Assembly (NCBI RefSeq): GCF_006345805.1
Contig: NC_043006.1
Span: 24,862,001 to 24,926,000, forward strand
Source of the DNA: Octopus sinensis
Taxonomy: Eukaryota
Length of the DNA stretch: 64,000 bases
Direction of reading: 5' to 3'
A program made the translations under genes and the position numbers. How positions within the stretch are numbered: the first letter of the stretch is position 1; each line of letters starts with the position of its first letter. Of this stretch, positions 11,562 through 24,655 are shown one piece after another. The notes below the pieces were generated by a model. That model searched no databases and was not told where the DNA came from. It saw only the letters and a list, made by a program, of their open reading frames with translations.

Positions 11562-13137
11562 TAATGATCTTATGGTTTGCAATACCAACTTCAGAGAACC
11601 TGCCAGTCACCTAGTCACCTATCGTTCTGGCAGACACACTAGCCAGATTGACTACATCTTCACCAGAAAAAGGGAAAGCAGGCTGCTTATAAATGCCAAA
11701 ACCTTCCCAGGCAAAGAATGTACCCATCAACATAGATTAGTAGTTAGCGACTTCAGGATCAGGGCTAAATGGTTGCCCAGAAGATCAGCTTGGAGGAGAA
11801 GGGTCTGGAAGCTTAAAGATCTTGCAAATGGACAGAGATTTAGAGACTTACTACTCGAAGCCTTCGATGAAATAGAAGGGGATATAGCATCACATAATGT
11901 GGAAGACAACTGGAGGTTTCTATGGAACAACCTGCTGAGAACCACTGACCAGATCTGTGGATGGAGCAAAGTCCCATTTCGACCCAAGGTAACGTGGTGG
12001 TGGAACAATGTGGTTGACAGGGCTATTAGACAAAAGAAACAGGCTTGGAGGGACTGGAAGAACGGAAGTAGCAGGGAATTATATCAGACTGCCAGAAGGG
12101 AAGCTAGGAAACAGGTTTATTTAGCCAGAGGGGAAGCAGATAAAAAATTTGCCAATGTTCTGTGCCATGAGGACCAAAGACTTGAAGTATTTCGTGTTGC
12201 AAGACAGTGCGTGAGAGAGAATCGTGATGTGGTAGGAGAGAAATGTGTCCGTATGGATGATAGTTCACTTGCACTAAATGAGGCTGCAAAGAGAGAGGTT
12301 TGGAGACGCCACTATGAAAGGTTGCTCAATAAAGAGAATGAATGGGAGAAAGAGAGTTTGCCGAGTGTCTACCCAACAGCGGGACCAGCTATCCGAATTG
12401 ACAGTACCTTGGTAGTTAAGGCAATTAGAAGCATGAAGACAGGGAAAGCCCCAGGCCCATCAGGAATTACTGCAGAGATGCTCAAAATATCAGGCAGTGT
12501 CGGCTATAGCCTAGTCACCCGTATAGTTATCCAGGTGATACATGAAGGAGTCATACCCAATGACTGGTGTAGCAGCATAATAGTCAACTGCTATAAAGGT
12601 AAAGGTGATGCTCTAGATACAAATAATTACAGAGGTATCAAGTTGCTGGATCAAGTAATGAAGGTCATGGAGAGGGTCATAGCCCAACTAATTAGAGAGA
12701 AAGTCCGTTTAGATGAGATGCAGTTTGGGTTCGTGCCAATGAAAAGTACCACTGAAAAGTACCATGGTAAGACAGCTGCAGGAGAAATACCTAGCCAAAG
12801 ATAAACCTCTGTACCTGGCTTTCATTGATATGGAGAAGGCCTTTGACAGGGTCCCCCGATCCCTTATCTGGTGGTCAATGAGGAAACTAGGGATAGATGA
12901 ATGGTTAGTGAGAGCCATGTACAGGGACGCTGTTAGTAAGGTGAGGGTTGGCAACGAGTACAGTGAAGAATTCTGGGTGGAGGTAGGGGTCCACCAAGGT
13001 TCAGTCCTCAGCCCCCTCCTATTTATCATAGTCCTCCAGGCAATAACGGAGGAATTCAAGACAGGATACCCCTGGGAGCTCCTCTATGCTGATGACCTTG
13101 CTCTAATTGCTGAGTCACTATCAGAACTGAAGGAGAA
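11562..13137 (+). mobile_element. RTE-clade LINE internal fragment (APE endonuclease end + RT), frameshifted and truncated at both ends
   Basis: SQIDYIF, HQHRLVV, KAPGPSG, NYRGIKLL, DMEKAFD, GVHQGSVLSPLLF, LLYADDL motifs in ORFs 11518-12804 and 12764-13204. Confidence 0.95.
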
Positions 13138-13175
13138 AATCCCCCTCCTATTTCTTCATTTTTCGCTTTTTTCTG

Positions 13176-13250
13176 TAACCCTAACCCTAATCTTAAAACC
13201 CTAACCCTAACTCTAAAACCCTAAACCTAACCCTAAAACCCTAACCCTAC
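13176..13250. repeat. Degenerate telomeric (CCCTAA)n array inside an element fragment (13140-13260)
   Basis: taaccctaaccctaa...; leader sequence shared with 44490-44530. Confidence 0.85.
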
Positions 13251-13404
13251 GTAGAGAAATTGTTGTAAATTTTTTAAAGCTAAAACCAGTACAAACGCAT
13301 GAATGATGTCATAAATAACAGTGACAAATGAAATATACACCACTGATAGTTGTTGACAAACTTATGAAAGGAACTTATGAAAGAATGCAGATTATGAAAC
13401 TCAC

Positions 13405-13489
13405 AATGCAGGATGAATTTTCTCCACTCTATGAGCATGTCCAGCGACCAGGCAAATAGACAAAATGTATACCACCCATCCAAACAGGA
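13405..13489 (-). CDS. Candidate exon of minus-strand gene (SCLDGWYTFCLFAWSLDMLIEWRKFILH, or LFGWVVYILSICLVAGHAHRVEKIHPA)
   Basis: Donor ATT|gtgagt and acceptor ttaattactctaag (alternative acceptor at 13542); frame ambiguous and phase does not join the 10708 exon directly. Confidence 0.35.
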
Positions 13490-13699
13490 CTTAGAGTAAT
13501 TAATGAAAATAATATTCCTTATATGGTTTGAAACATCTAGATCTGACATAGGTTGGAATGCTACTTTAATTTTAGATAGGGCTATGTCTGAGTTTAAAAG
13601 TTAAGGCAAAATTAGATCTGTGACTGTATATGACTAATGTTATATATTGTTTTAAAAGTGATAAGAGCAAATGTAAATTCATTCCAGTAAATATCAACA

Positions 13700-15730
13700 G
13701 CTACTATTCAAGTATGAACCTTATATTTTTAAATAAATCACTAATATTTGCTACTGAGAGCTCAAACTTATCTAGGAATGAGATTGATATAATTCTCACT
13801 GCTAAGAGAACACTTATTAACTTTGATGGTTAACTCTGTACTAGGAAGGATAGGGTAAATAATGCTGAAGTAACAATGGGATCAAGTGATTTGGTGCAGA
13901 TCACAAATTCAGTAGGTATTATATTTTGAATAGATTAAAATGTGATTTTGCAGATATTGCAAATGGTTGATGCATTATTTATTATCAATAACTGTAGCAA
14001 TGTAGAGATAGAAAGGATTAGCAGAAGACTTAAATAATTCTTTAAAAGTACAGGCTTATCCATAATCATTGCAGAAAATCATATAGTTGTCAGTTTCCTA
14101 GACATTACATTTGAGCTTAATACTGGTCTATATAGACCATATTGTAAGCTGAATGAAAATCTCCACTATGTGAATAAGAATTCCTATCACCCAAGGGCTG
14201 TTATCAATTCCATAATCAATAGTGTTTCCTTTAGAAGTTCTTAGTTACCTGCTAGTAAAGAAATTTTTAACCAAAATGCATACTATTATAATAGTGTCCT
14301 TGGAAGAGCTAAATATAAGGGAACTAATCAATGTATCCTTGAAGATTCAACAGATAAATAAAGATTCAACAGGTAAATCTCACTCTAGTAAATTACACCC
14401 TGACAAAAATAATTTCAATAAATTTAGAATTGAGTCTAAAAGTAGAACTGTGTCGGATAATAAGTTTTTGCCTAAGTAGTGTAAATAATAGCCTTAATAG
14501 CTCATGAATGGTGATGCATTCCACTAAATTACAACATAAATATAAGCAAAATACTACCTGTATTATATAAGTGTAATTACAGCTGGAAAGTAGGTAGTAA
14601 TTCACTTGTGAGTAAGAACCAAGCTACTTCTCTAGGCATAGCTTCAGCAGCCAAGATTCATAATGACTGCTATGAACCCAGGAGATTCAAGAAAAACACA
14701 GATAGATTACATAACAAGGAAGTGATCTAGCATAATCCATCTTATGTTCTAAATGTAAATCCTAGATTGCTTAATGTATTTTTTTCACAATCTTGGGAAG
14801 AAACTTCCCTTCTTCTAGTAGATATAAGAAGATATTTAACATGCGCATGATTAAATCTTCATATTCAGCAACACTAAATGTTGCCGATCGTATAAAAAAT
14901 GAGGAATATATTTACAAATAATGTAGAGAACCAGAATGTTTCTAATTTTAATCCTAATTTCCAACATGGAAAATTTTGGACTCAGTTATTAAAGTAATAA
15001 ATGTGGATAACAGAGTATCTGACAGCTCACAAGATGGTAGAAATAATATCTATGGCACAAACAGATAGCAGTAATGAATGTGAGAACAACCAAAGTAGGC
15101 ATAATAAAGTAGGGAATATTAGAACAAGTAGGTGTAGCTCTAATTTGAATAATAATAATAATAATGAATCCAGATGTCTTGTTAACACCACCAACCTTAG
15201 AAATAGTGCTTCAGCTTAGAACTTGAATATGTGTTATTTTAGGAGACTCATCAAATACCCTCTGAGAAAACAAATGTCTTATTGACAATGTGATCTACAA
15301 ATGTTCAATCCTAATGTCCAAAACAATATATAATTATATTGGCATAATTTTAAACGGCTTTAAAGTTAGGTTACATAATCATTTGTTCAACTTTCAAACA
15401 GAGGAAGGCCAACCATATATTATTATCTAAATTGGTTTGGAAATTGAAACAAGGTAAGGAATATTTGATCCTTTGGTCAATAGTAAGATATTCCATGTCT
15501 TGTATAGGAGGCAGTGGCAACTGCACATTGTGTTACACTGAATCACTTGCTATGATGAACTGCAGAGGTATCCTCAAAGAGAGATTTGATGAGATCATTA
15601 TTAGATGTCTCTATTTTATGAAGAAAACATTTCTACATAATACTGGTCAACTAATTTTGTTTACTCATATATTGGAAGAGAGTGTAAATCTTGGGTTTAA
15701 TTTGGGTGGCTATTTAAAGTTTCTTTCATA
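13700..15730 (+). mobile_element. Heavily decayed Penelope-like element (RT C-terminal half, Asn-rich linker, GIY-YIG)
   Basis: VSFLDITFELNTGLYRPYCKLNENLHYVNKNSYHP; KVI*HNPSY; LVWKLKQGKEYLILWSIV...NCTLCYTE. Confidence 0.75.
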
Positions 15731-16149
15731 ATTCACTTTATGACCTCTCGCCTAATGAATAATGGTATAGATCATAGATATTTCTCCAGCTTAAAACTTG
15801 TGTAGGCATGTCCATCAGTATAACCAAACGATGTTTTCTCTTTTTAATATGAGTCTAATACTGATCCTTATGAAATGAATCATGCCATTGGATTATTCTT
15901 GTGTATGAACTACATTTTATGGATTTACAGTTCAACTATTATATTGACCATTCTTCTTCTTTTTAACTCAAGTTTTGTTGGAACTCTTGGAGTCTTGCAT
16001 GCATAGCAGGCTTGTTGTTTGCAGCAATATACATATATGAATATATGTATATTGTTGTATTTAGGAATGGTCATTTGCCAGTTTAACCAATAAAAGCACA
16101 CGCACTATATATTTGGTGTTAATTTGCTTCAGGGTTATTTATTTTTTAC

Positions 16150-16899
16150 ATTAATCTTAGTCTTATTTCGGCCAGAGTTCTTTCATCACACTCCTGTGAC
16201 CTCATCAGTGGCCCTTTGCTTTCTTCTTTCTTATTTGTGTGTCTCTCCTTACTAACGGTCAGTCATTTTGTATTTTGTATTCCTATTGTATGTGTCTTCA
16301 TTTGTGCATGCATATACCTCTATGTGTGTCTATGTTTAGTTAGTGTGTGTGGGGGGGAAGTGCTTGTAATATTTGTATCTTCTCTTTATATACGTTTGTG
16401 TAATTTGTTTTTGTTTTTGTTTATTTTTATTTTGTTCATGTGTTTACACCTACTTATTATTATTATTATTTTTTTTATTATTATTTTTAATGTATATAGT
16501 TATTTACTTCCATTTGTTTATTTATCTGTGTATTTTATTATGTTTTTAGTTTTGTTTGTATTGTAACCAGTTTATGGGGATCTTCTTCTGTCATATGCTG
16601 TGGTGTGTGCTAGTGTTCCATTCCAGTTTCCTATTCAGGCTAGGTTTATCTTCTATTATGTGTGTAGCTTCCATAATTTATCTGATTGTTGCGTCTGTTC
16701 TATGTGTGGACAAGATTTTAACTTCTATGTTGTTGATTGATCCCCCATGTTCCTGTTCGGCGTGTTGGTACAGAACCGATGAGCTCTTTTCTTCCTTAAG
16801 TTCTCTCCAATGTTCATTAACCCGCTCTCCTATGCTCTGTGCCGTTTCCCCTACATATGTCATTGTCTTGTTACTGCATCGTCCCTCTATACATCTTAT

Positions 16900-16900
<1 letters not shown>
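16150..16900 (-). mobile_element. Penelope-like 3' end: GIY-YIG plus pLTR with hammerhead core
   Basis: IRCIEGRCSNKTMTYVGETAQSIGERVNEH; CTGATGA-stem-GAAA at 16208-16166. Confidence 0.8.
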
Positions 16901-17150
<250 letters not shown>

Positions 17151-17151
17151 T

Positions 17152-17337
17152 TCTTTTATTCTTTTGCGTGTTTCAGTCTGGAGCACTGCCTTTAGTCGAA
17201 TCAAATCGACCCCAGGACTTTTTCTTTGTAAGCCTAGTATTTATTCTATCTGAACCACAAAGTTACAGGGAACTAAACAAACCAGGATCGGTTGTCAAAC
17301 AATGTTGGGTGGACAAACACAGATACACAACCTATAT

Positions 17338-17372
<35 letters not shown>

Positions 17373-17456
17373 CATATATACGACGGGCTTCTTTCAGTTT
17401 CCATCTCCAAATCCACTCACAAGGCTTTCTTTGGCCCGAGGCTATAATAGAAGATG
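17152..17456 (-). mobile_element. OR2/CORE-type SINE, 5'-truncated, with internal microsatellite
   Basis: Reverse complement of the copy at 38461-38907. Confidence 0.8.
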
Positions 17457-18060
17457 TCAACCACTCTGAGAGTCTAGTGAGTGCTTTTACGTGCCAGTCA
17501 GGCGGTACTGGCAACGACTTTGCTCGAATCTTTTACACATGCCACCGGCACAGGTGCCAGTAAGGCGATGCTGGTAACGATCACGCTTGAATGATGTCTT
17601 TTACATGCCATTGGCATGGAGGCCAGATGGCCGCTCTGGCAATGATCACGCTCAGATGGTGCTCTTAATACCCTTCTAGCACAGGGCTTGAGTGCCAGTA
17701 AGGTGACGCTGGTAATGATCACGCTCAAATGGTGCCTTTTATGTTCGAAGGTCGTGCTTCACCACTTCATCCCAGTTCTTCCTGGGTCTACCTCTTCCAC
17801 AGGTTCCCTCAACCACTAGGGTGTGGCACTTTTTCACACAGCTATCCTCATCCGTTCTCGCCACATGACCATACCAGCACAGTCGTCTCTCTTGCATACC
17901 ACATCTGATGCTGCTTAGCTTCAACTTTTCTCTCAAGGTACTTATACTCTATTCAGTATGCACACTGACATTACACTTCCATTGGATCATACTGGCTTCG
18001 TTCCTTGCAAGCTTACACATGTCCTCAGCAGTCACAGCCATGTTTCGCTGCCATGTAGCA
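17457..18060 (-). mobile_element. RTE LINE 3' fragment (ORF end + tandem-repeat 3' UTR)
   Basis: LREKLKLSSIRCGMQERRLCWYGHV...RGRPRKNWDEVVKHDL matches the ORF end at 62288-62653. Confidence 0.85.
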
Positions 18061-18374
18061 GTGTTCATTAGATTTAATATTTTATAGTGTTAACTGAGGG
18101 AGATCAAATCATCCCTTAGTCTCCCAGTTAACAATTAACTCAGTTTGTGACTTTTGCACTTGAAATTGGTACATATTGTATCAACCTAGAACAATTCATT
18201 GCATAAACAGAAAAAGTTGAAGATTAGAGAAAAAAAAGCAAAAAAACTCAGCAATAACAAAAACGTAGCATGAATGTATAATATATACATATATAATATA
18301 TATTTATATATATATAGTATATATATACAATATGTGTATTCATATATATATATATAGAGAGAGAACATCTATAT

Positions 18375-19591
18375 TGTTACGGAATGGACTGGAATCGCCC
18401 GTCGTCGTCGCTCGCCCGAACGGCTCACACAAGTTCCGCCACGGAACCCAAAGAGGCGGAGAGAGGAGATACAGATAGATACTGCCACAACCTCAACAGC
18501 ACAGAGATACAGAGGCACAACCCGAGATACAACCCAAAGAGGCAAGGCAACAACTGGCAACACTGGCTTATATTCAAACAACAGTTTATACGACAATTAC
18601 AATTGCTACACATCAAATACATTTAAAGCATACATTTAAAGGAAGACATGCACGTGACTACTCAATACATCATACAACAGATCAAAGCATAATACAACAG
18701 CATGTAACAATATAACAGTCCGGAGACACAACAAGTCCAGATCAAATAATGTTCACGATACGTCACAGTCCAATCAGAACACTTCGATACATTATACAAT
18801 GTTCGTATCACAACAATTCACGTTACAATTCAACAAGTCCTTTACTCAATTCACAATGTTCTTTATTGACTACATCGACAGAGTCCTTCTTTTTCTCTCT
18901 TCACTGTTCAATACACAAATCACATACCTTAATTCCCAACTGAATCGCCAGTGTCCCATCCTGCACCTCATCTCTCCGTACCGCTAATTCCCCTGTACAT
19001 ATTCCCTTCTGTGCCGCCAAGTTCTCTCGCATCCCAACTTGCTCCTAAGATTCCAACGCTTGCTCCTTAAATCCAAGGTTCCATCCACTCGCTCTGACCT
19101 CCAGAGTCCGTCTCTCTTCTTCGACGACCAGCCACGACCGCAAGATCCGTCTGTGTTCTTCGACGACCGCTCAACGACTGCCCAGACCTCACTTCCTCTC
19201 TGTCCTCGCTTCCACTCCCTCATCTCCCTCTTTCTATATCGCTCTTACCCTTTCTAACTGCCCTGGTCCTTATACCCTATCTATATCGCCTGCTGTCTCT
19301 TAACCTTTCTATTTGCTATCTGATTCCTTACTCTATCTATATCGCCTGCTGTCTCTTAGCCTCTCCATCCGTCCCCTACTGCTTATACCCTATCTCTATT
19401 TGCTCTCAGCCCTTAATCTGTCCCTTTTCTCTTACATTCTCACTGACCCTTTTCTCAACCGCACGAGGTCACAGGTCATTCCAAAACCCATCAGTCCTCC
19501 ATTAGACAAAAGACTGTCACATTTTCACCAGACATGATGGTGCCATAATTCCTAAGTGGGTCACCAGAAATGCACTTAGCCAACCGTAACA
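18375..19591 (-). mobile_element. Solo LTR (~1217 bp), probably Gypsy type, with 4-bp TSD ATAT
   Basis: Termini TGTTACGG...CCGTAACA; atat on both sides; AATAAA on the minus strand near 18865; internal short tandem repeats. Confidence 0.85.
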
Positions 19592-19766
19592 ATATATATA
19601 AAATATATATTTATATATATATAATATACATATATATGGTATATATTTATATATGTATAGTATATATATATATATATATGTATATATAATATAATATTTA
19701 TATGTGTGTACCGTTGGCGATTTTTTTTCCTCTGTTTTCCCTTCTCTGGATCTTTCCTTTTCCTAT

Positions 19767-19801
19767 GTTTCTGACGAAGAGCTCCACTCGAAACGTAAAA
19801 C
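19767..19801 (+). ncRNA. Minimal type I hammerhead ribozyme in a PLE pLTR fragment (19690-19880)
   Basis: GTTT-CTGACGA-A-GAG(ctcca)CTC-GAAA-C-GTA-AAAC: stem I 4 bp, stem II 3 bp, 1-bp/palindromic stem III. Confidence 0.6.
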
Positions 19802-19899
19802 CTTCCTTCCCCCTTCCTTCCTGAGCGTCCAATAATACTATATTTGTTCCACATCCTCGCGTTGTTGTGTTTTCTCTTTGTGTTTTCATGTTTGGATTA

Positions 19900-19938
<39 letters not shown>

Positions 19939-20127
19939 GTATATATAATACAAATAAGAAAATGGAGAAACAAATTTGGTTTGTTCATCAACTTACGGAT
20001 ATTATAATGTTGGATATTATAACGAGAACATCAAAAGCATACAAAAATATTATATAAATCAATAGATAAGATAATAATACAAATACAGATTTTAAAAGTC
20101 ATAGTATAATGAAATCCTAAAAATTAT

Positions 20128-20257
20128 TTCTTACAGTTGTTTCAGCCTATGGTCAAAAGTCAATCTAATTTTCATTGCCTATAGATACTAAGGTTGTAGG
20201 CATTTAAAAAATATAATACTTATATATTAAAAAACCATAGGCCTCGTGAGAGGTTAT
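20128..20257 (-). ncRNA. Hammerhead relic with long stem II
   Basis: CTCACGA-GGCCTATGG...CCATAGGCT-GAAA-CAACTG-TA; core G5 mutated. Confidence 0.45.
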
Positions 20258-20379
20258 GAACTTTAAAAATATTAATATTAATATTAATATTACTATACTA
20301 AACATGATACATGTATTACTTGATATATAAAAAATAAACAGTAAACAAATATCCAAATATACATACAATAAAGAAGAGG

Positions 20380-21700
20380 AGAAATAGAAATAGGAAGATC
20401 ATCTGGTCCACACCTCCCTACTCACCCGAGGTGACTTTCAATATAGGTAAATATTTCTTAGCACTGATAGATCGACATTTTCCAGTTAACCATACATACA
20501 GGAAGCTCTTCAATAAACACAATTTAAAAATTAGTTTCAGCTCAACTACCAATTTTTAAAAATATAATCGCACATAACACACAAAAACCACAATGCAAAA
20601 ACAGCTGTTCATGCAAGAATAAAAAATTGTGCCCGCTAAATGGAGCTTGCATGTCCGAGACCATCATCAATGAAGCTACTATGGACTCTATAACCACTAA
20701 AGACACTGTTTCGACGAAGAAATACATGGGCCTTACAGAGGGTAATTTCAAGACCTGGTTCAATAACCACACCTTGAGTTTTAGGCACTGGGACAAAAGG
20801 AAAGCGACAAAATTATCCAATCATATATGGTTATTAAAAGATAAAGGTGTCAGTTACAACATCCATTGGAAGATTTTAGCCAAATGTAAGCCCTACACCA
20901 ACAGCAGTGGAAAGTGCAGTCTATGCGACATGGGCTTATCTGGAAAAGCAGTTTAGACCCTGCTACATGTCTAAACTCAAGGACAGAACTTTTCGGATCA
21001 TGCCCACACGTGACCAAATTTTTGTTATGTTTTTGGTCGCCCCAAGACTACAGATAAAACTTGCTTTCTATATTATGTCCATGCAAAAGTTTTTTTATCT
21101 CATTATACCTTTTACTTTTATTTTTTCATATATTTTTATATATATATTATTGAGAATTTGGTTTATAGATATATTATTTTTTACACATAATAATTTTTTC
21201 TGTACTCTACCTTCCATTCTGCATTTTTCTCTGTGCCTATATAGACGTGTATATGGATTCATTTGTACATGTGTGTGGATATATACGAGTGGGCGGGTAT
21301 ATATGTATATAGATGTGTGCGTGTGCATGGGCATAAGAATACATATATATATATATATGTATGAGTTTGTATATATATGCATGTATATTTGGCGAAAAAT
21401 GCGAGTGAAGATGTGTACATTTTCATAGTGATGTATACGTATGCACGTGGGTGCGCGAGCGCACATGTGTATGTATGAACAAGCATGCTTACGTGTTTAC
21501 TATGAACTTTTAACCTTATCTTAATTAGTGGTCATTCGAATTAGTGCTTTTGTATAAGTAGCAGAGTATAACACAGTAATTTCCCTTTGTATAACAGGTG
21601 TTTTTTCATAGCGTTTTTCAGATGGCCAGATAACTAAAGAGATGGTGGTGTGGATTTCCACCTCGGCATCCGTACATAATATTGAGGTCTCTTCCTTTCT
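20380..21700 (+). mobile_element. Penelope-like 3' fragment (linker + GIY-YIG + tail)
   Basis: CPLNGACMSETII...KYMGLTEGNFKTWFNNH...ATKLSNHIWLLK...IHWKIL...KCSLC. Confidence 0.85.
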
Positions 21701-22344
21701 TTTGTTATCTTACCATTTTACCAATAATATATATATTATATATATATACATATACATATACAAATACATATATACACACATACACAGACGTAAGCAAAGC
21801 ATATATACTATTCACATGCGCAAAATACATTAATGAACACAATTAAACAATATATTCCAGTGGATATACCATACGTCATATACGTATATAAATACATTAG
21901 AACATATAAACACATCTCTGCTTATCAGTAACAACAATATTATTGTATTAACAGTAATCTTCAACAGATCTTACATACTATAATAATGTCTTCTAACATA
22001 TCAAAAATTCATGATACAAGATTCAACATATATATATATTTATGCATATATATATGCATACAGAAATACATGCGTATAAGCATATAAACCAGACAATTGG
22101 AATATAGTTATCATTCTATACATCCATGTAAAGCAAACAAATTCAAATGTAAAATCCAAAAGAGTAATTCCTAACTTTTTGTCAAAGCTGAATTTACTCC
22201 ACAATATTTATGCTTATGTTATATGTATATTAAAGATTTTCAAAATTACAGGGGGTTAGGGAGCGGTTATTTTAAATCATAAGCTATTTCTAATTGGCTA
22301 ATTCATTTGAACTTATCCACTTGATCTGTTGTAAACAATAGGAG

Positions 22345-22397
22345 GTCCAACCCATGCTAACATGGAAAGCGGATGTTAAACGATGATGATGATGATG
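22345..22397 (+). mobile_element. Extreme 3' end of RTE element with (GAT)n tail
   Basis: gtccaacccatgctaacatggaaagcggatgttaaacgatgatgat. Confidence 0.8.
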
Positions 22398-22437
22398 ATA
22401 TATATACATATATGCTGTATGCATGTAGATATTGTGT

Positions 22438-22483
<46 letters not shown>

Positions 22484-22547
22484 TGTATATATATATTGTA
22501 TATATATATATATAATATATATATATTATATATATATATATATATTT

Positions 22548-22594
<47 letters not shown>

Positions 22595-22612
22595 GTACAT
22601 ATATATTGTATG

Positions 22613-22682
<70 letters not shown>

Positions 22683-22729
22683 GCACATATATATTGTATG
22701 TATATATGTATATATATATATATATATTG

Positions 22730-23830
22730 TATAGAGAAAGTCTTCGAACACGACTTCAGAGAAGACATCAAGAAAAAGTGGAAACGCTACCTCGATGACT
22801 GTTTCGTCTTTTGGAACAGATCAGAAAAAGATCTACAAACATTCCACAACATCCTCAACATACTGCACCCATCTATCAACTTCACGATAGATACCAGCCA
22901 CAATGAACTTCCCTTCCTAGACATTATCATCAAGATATACAACTCCCTCGTCACAACAGACATCTACTACAAAAAAACACCAATGTTTAAATTTCTACTC
23001 CTGTCACCCATCCCACATAAAAAGAAACATTCCATATAGTGTGGCAAGATGCATATGCAGCATAGTAACCAACTCACAAACATACCAAATAAGACTAAAT
23101 GAACTTAAAAACTTCCTACTAGAACAAAAATACTCACTCAAATTAATAAAAAACAGAATCTCAAGAGCAATGAAACTGGACATCACACAACTCAGAACTA
23201 CAAAAACGAAAAACAAAGAAAACATCACCCCCTTCATAAACGCACACAACACTGGAGTTACCAACATGTTTCAAATCATACATTCAAACTTATCAGTAAT
23301 CCTACAAACCCCCAAAATGGGAAACATAATAAACAAATATTGCATAAAAAACAGTAAACGCCAAGACAAAAAACTGAAGAAACAACTAACAAGAGTGAAA
23401 TTCTCATCAAAGACTAAAACCGAATTCTTTGTAAAAGAGTGCGGAGATGGTAGATGTGGGATCTGCAGTAACCCCATCTACAAATATATAGAGGGAAACA
23501 AACAAATAAAATTTAAGAGTGGTCACACATTCAAAGTAAATGCAGACATGAATTGCAAGATGCAGAACATAATATACTGCATAACCTGCCCCAACATGCA
23601 AGGAGAATTATATAGGCGAAACTGGAAATTCTTTATGCCAACGAGCCAGAATTCACCGACAACATGTCCAACAGGAGGAACTGCGAAAGATTCCACTGAA
23701 TAAACACTTAGATACATGTGGAGAAGGAAAATTTAAGATCTTTCCCTTCTATAAATGCCCATGGAATGACACCTTCTTCAGGAAAAATATGGAAAAATCC
23801 TTCATAACTAAGTTCTCCTCCAAACTGATT
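22730..23830 (+). mobile_element. 5'-truncated Penelope-like element (RT C-half + GIY-YIG), frameshifted
   Basis: [41 protein letters not shown] motifs. Confidence 0.9.
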
Positions 23831-23989
23831 GGCTGAAAATATTTCTGTAATGATTTGTACTGGATGAAGGATCAATTTTGTAAAGTAAATTTTATTAAAC
23901 ATATACACACACAGAGTACATATACATAAATAGAAAGGATTTTACATCCAGATTCTCCAACCTATATCAGCACAGGAATTAAACATTGG

Positions 23990-24655
23990 ATTGAAAGAAC
24001 TGAACAGCGGTATAGATGTCAACACAATTTTTTCTTCCTCTCTTCCTTCTTTCTTTCCTTCCCTTTTCCATTGACACTCCTTTCAGATAGCAGGCACCCA
24101 CCAACCCACACACATACGCACACACAAAAAAAACACATATACACTCTCTCTCACTGGACAATGATGAAAAGAAATGCAGACAAAAGTTTTTTGAAAAACA
24201 AGAGACCCCTTGGAGTAGCCACCTGGTTTTAGCATTTTTAAAGGACAAGAATCACTTTCTATTGAAAGAACTGACCTTCTGCAAAGATCTAAACACATTT
24301 TTTCTTCTTTTTCTCTTCCTTCTTTCTTTCCTTCTCTTTTCCATTGACACTCCTTTCAGACACACAGGCACCCACACACCCACGCGTGCACACACACACA
24401 CACCACAACACACAAACTTTCTCTCTCACCAGATAATGATAAAAATAATTCCAGACAATTTTTTGAAAAATAACATTTGCCCCACTTGGAGTAGCCAAGG
24501 GCAAGAATCACTTTCTATTGAAAGAATTGACCAGCTTTATAGAAGTAAACACATTTTTCTTCTTTCTCTCTTCCTTCTTCCTTTCCTTCTCTTTTCCATT
24601 GACGCTTCTTTCAGATACAAAGGCACACACACACTCTCTCTCACTTTCTCCTCCT
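23990..24655. repeat. Diverged tandem repeat, ~2.5 units of 256-271 bp
   Basis: Units start attgaaagaa at 23990, 24261 and 24517; shared ttttccattgac..ctttcaga, cttggagtagcca and caagaatcactttct. Confidence 0.85.
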
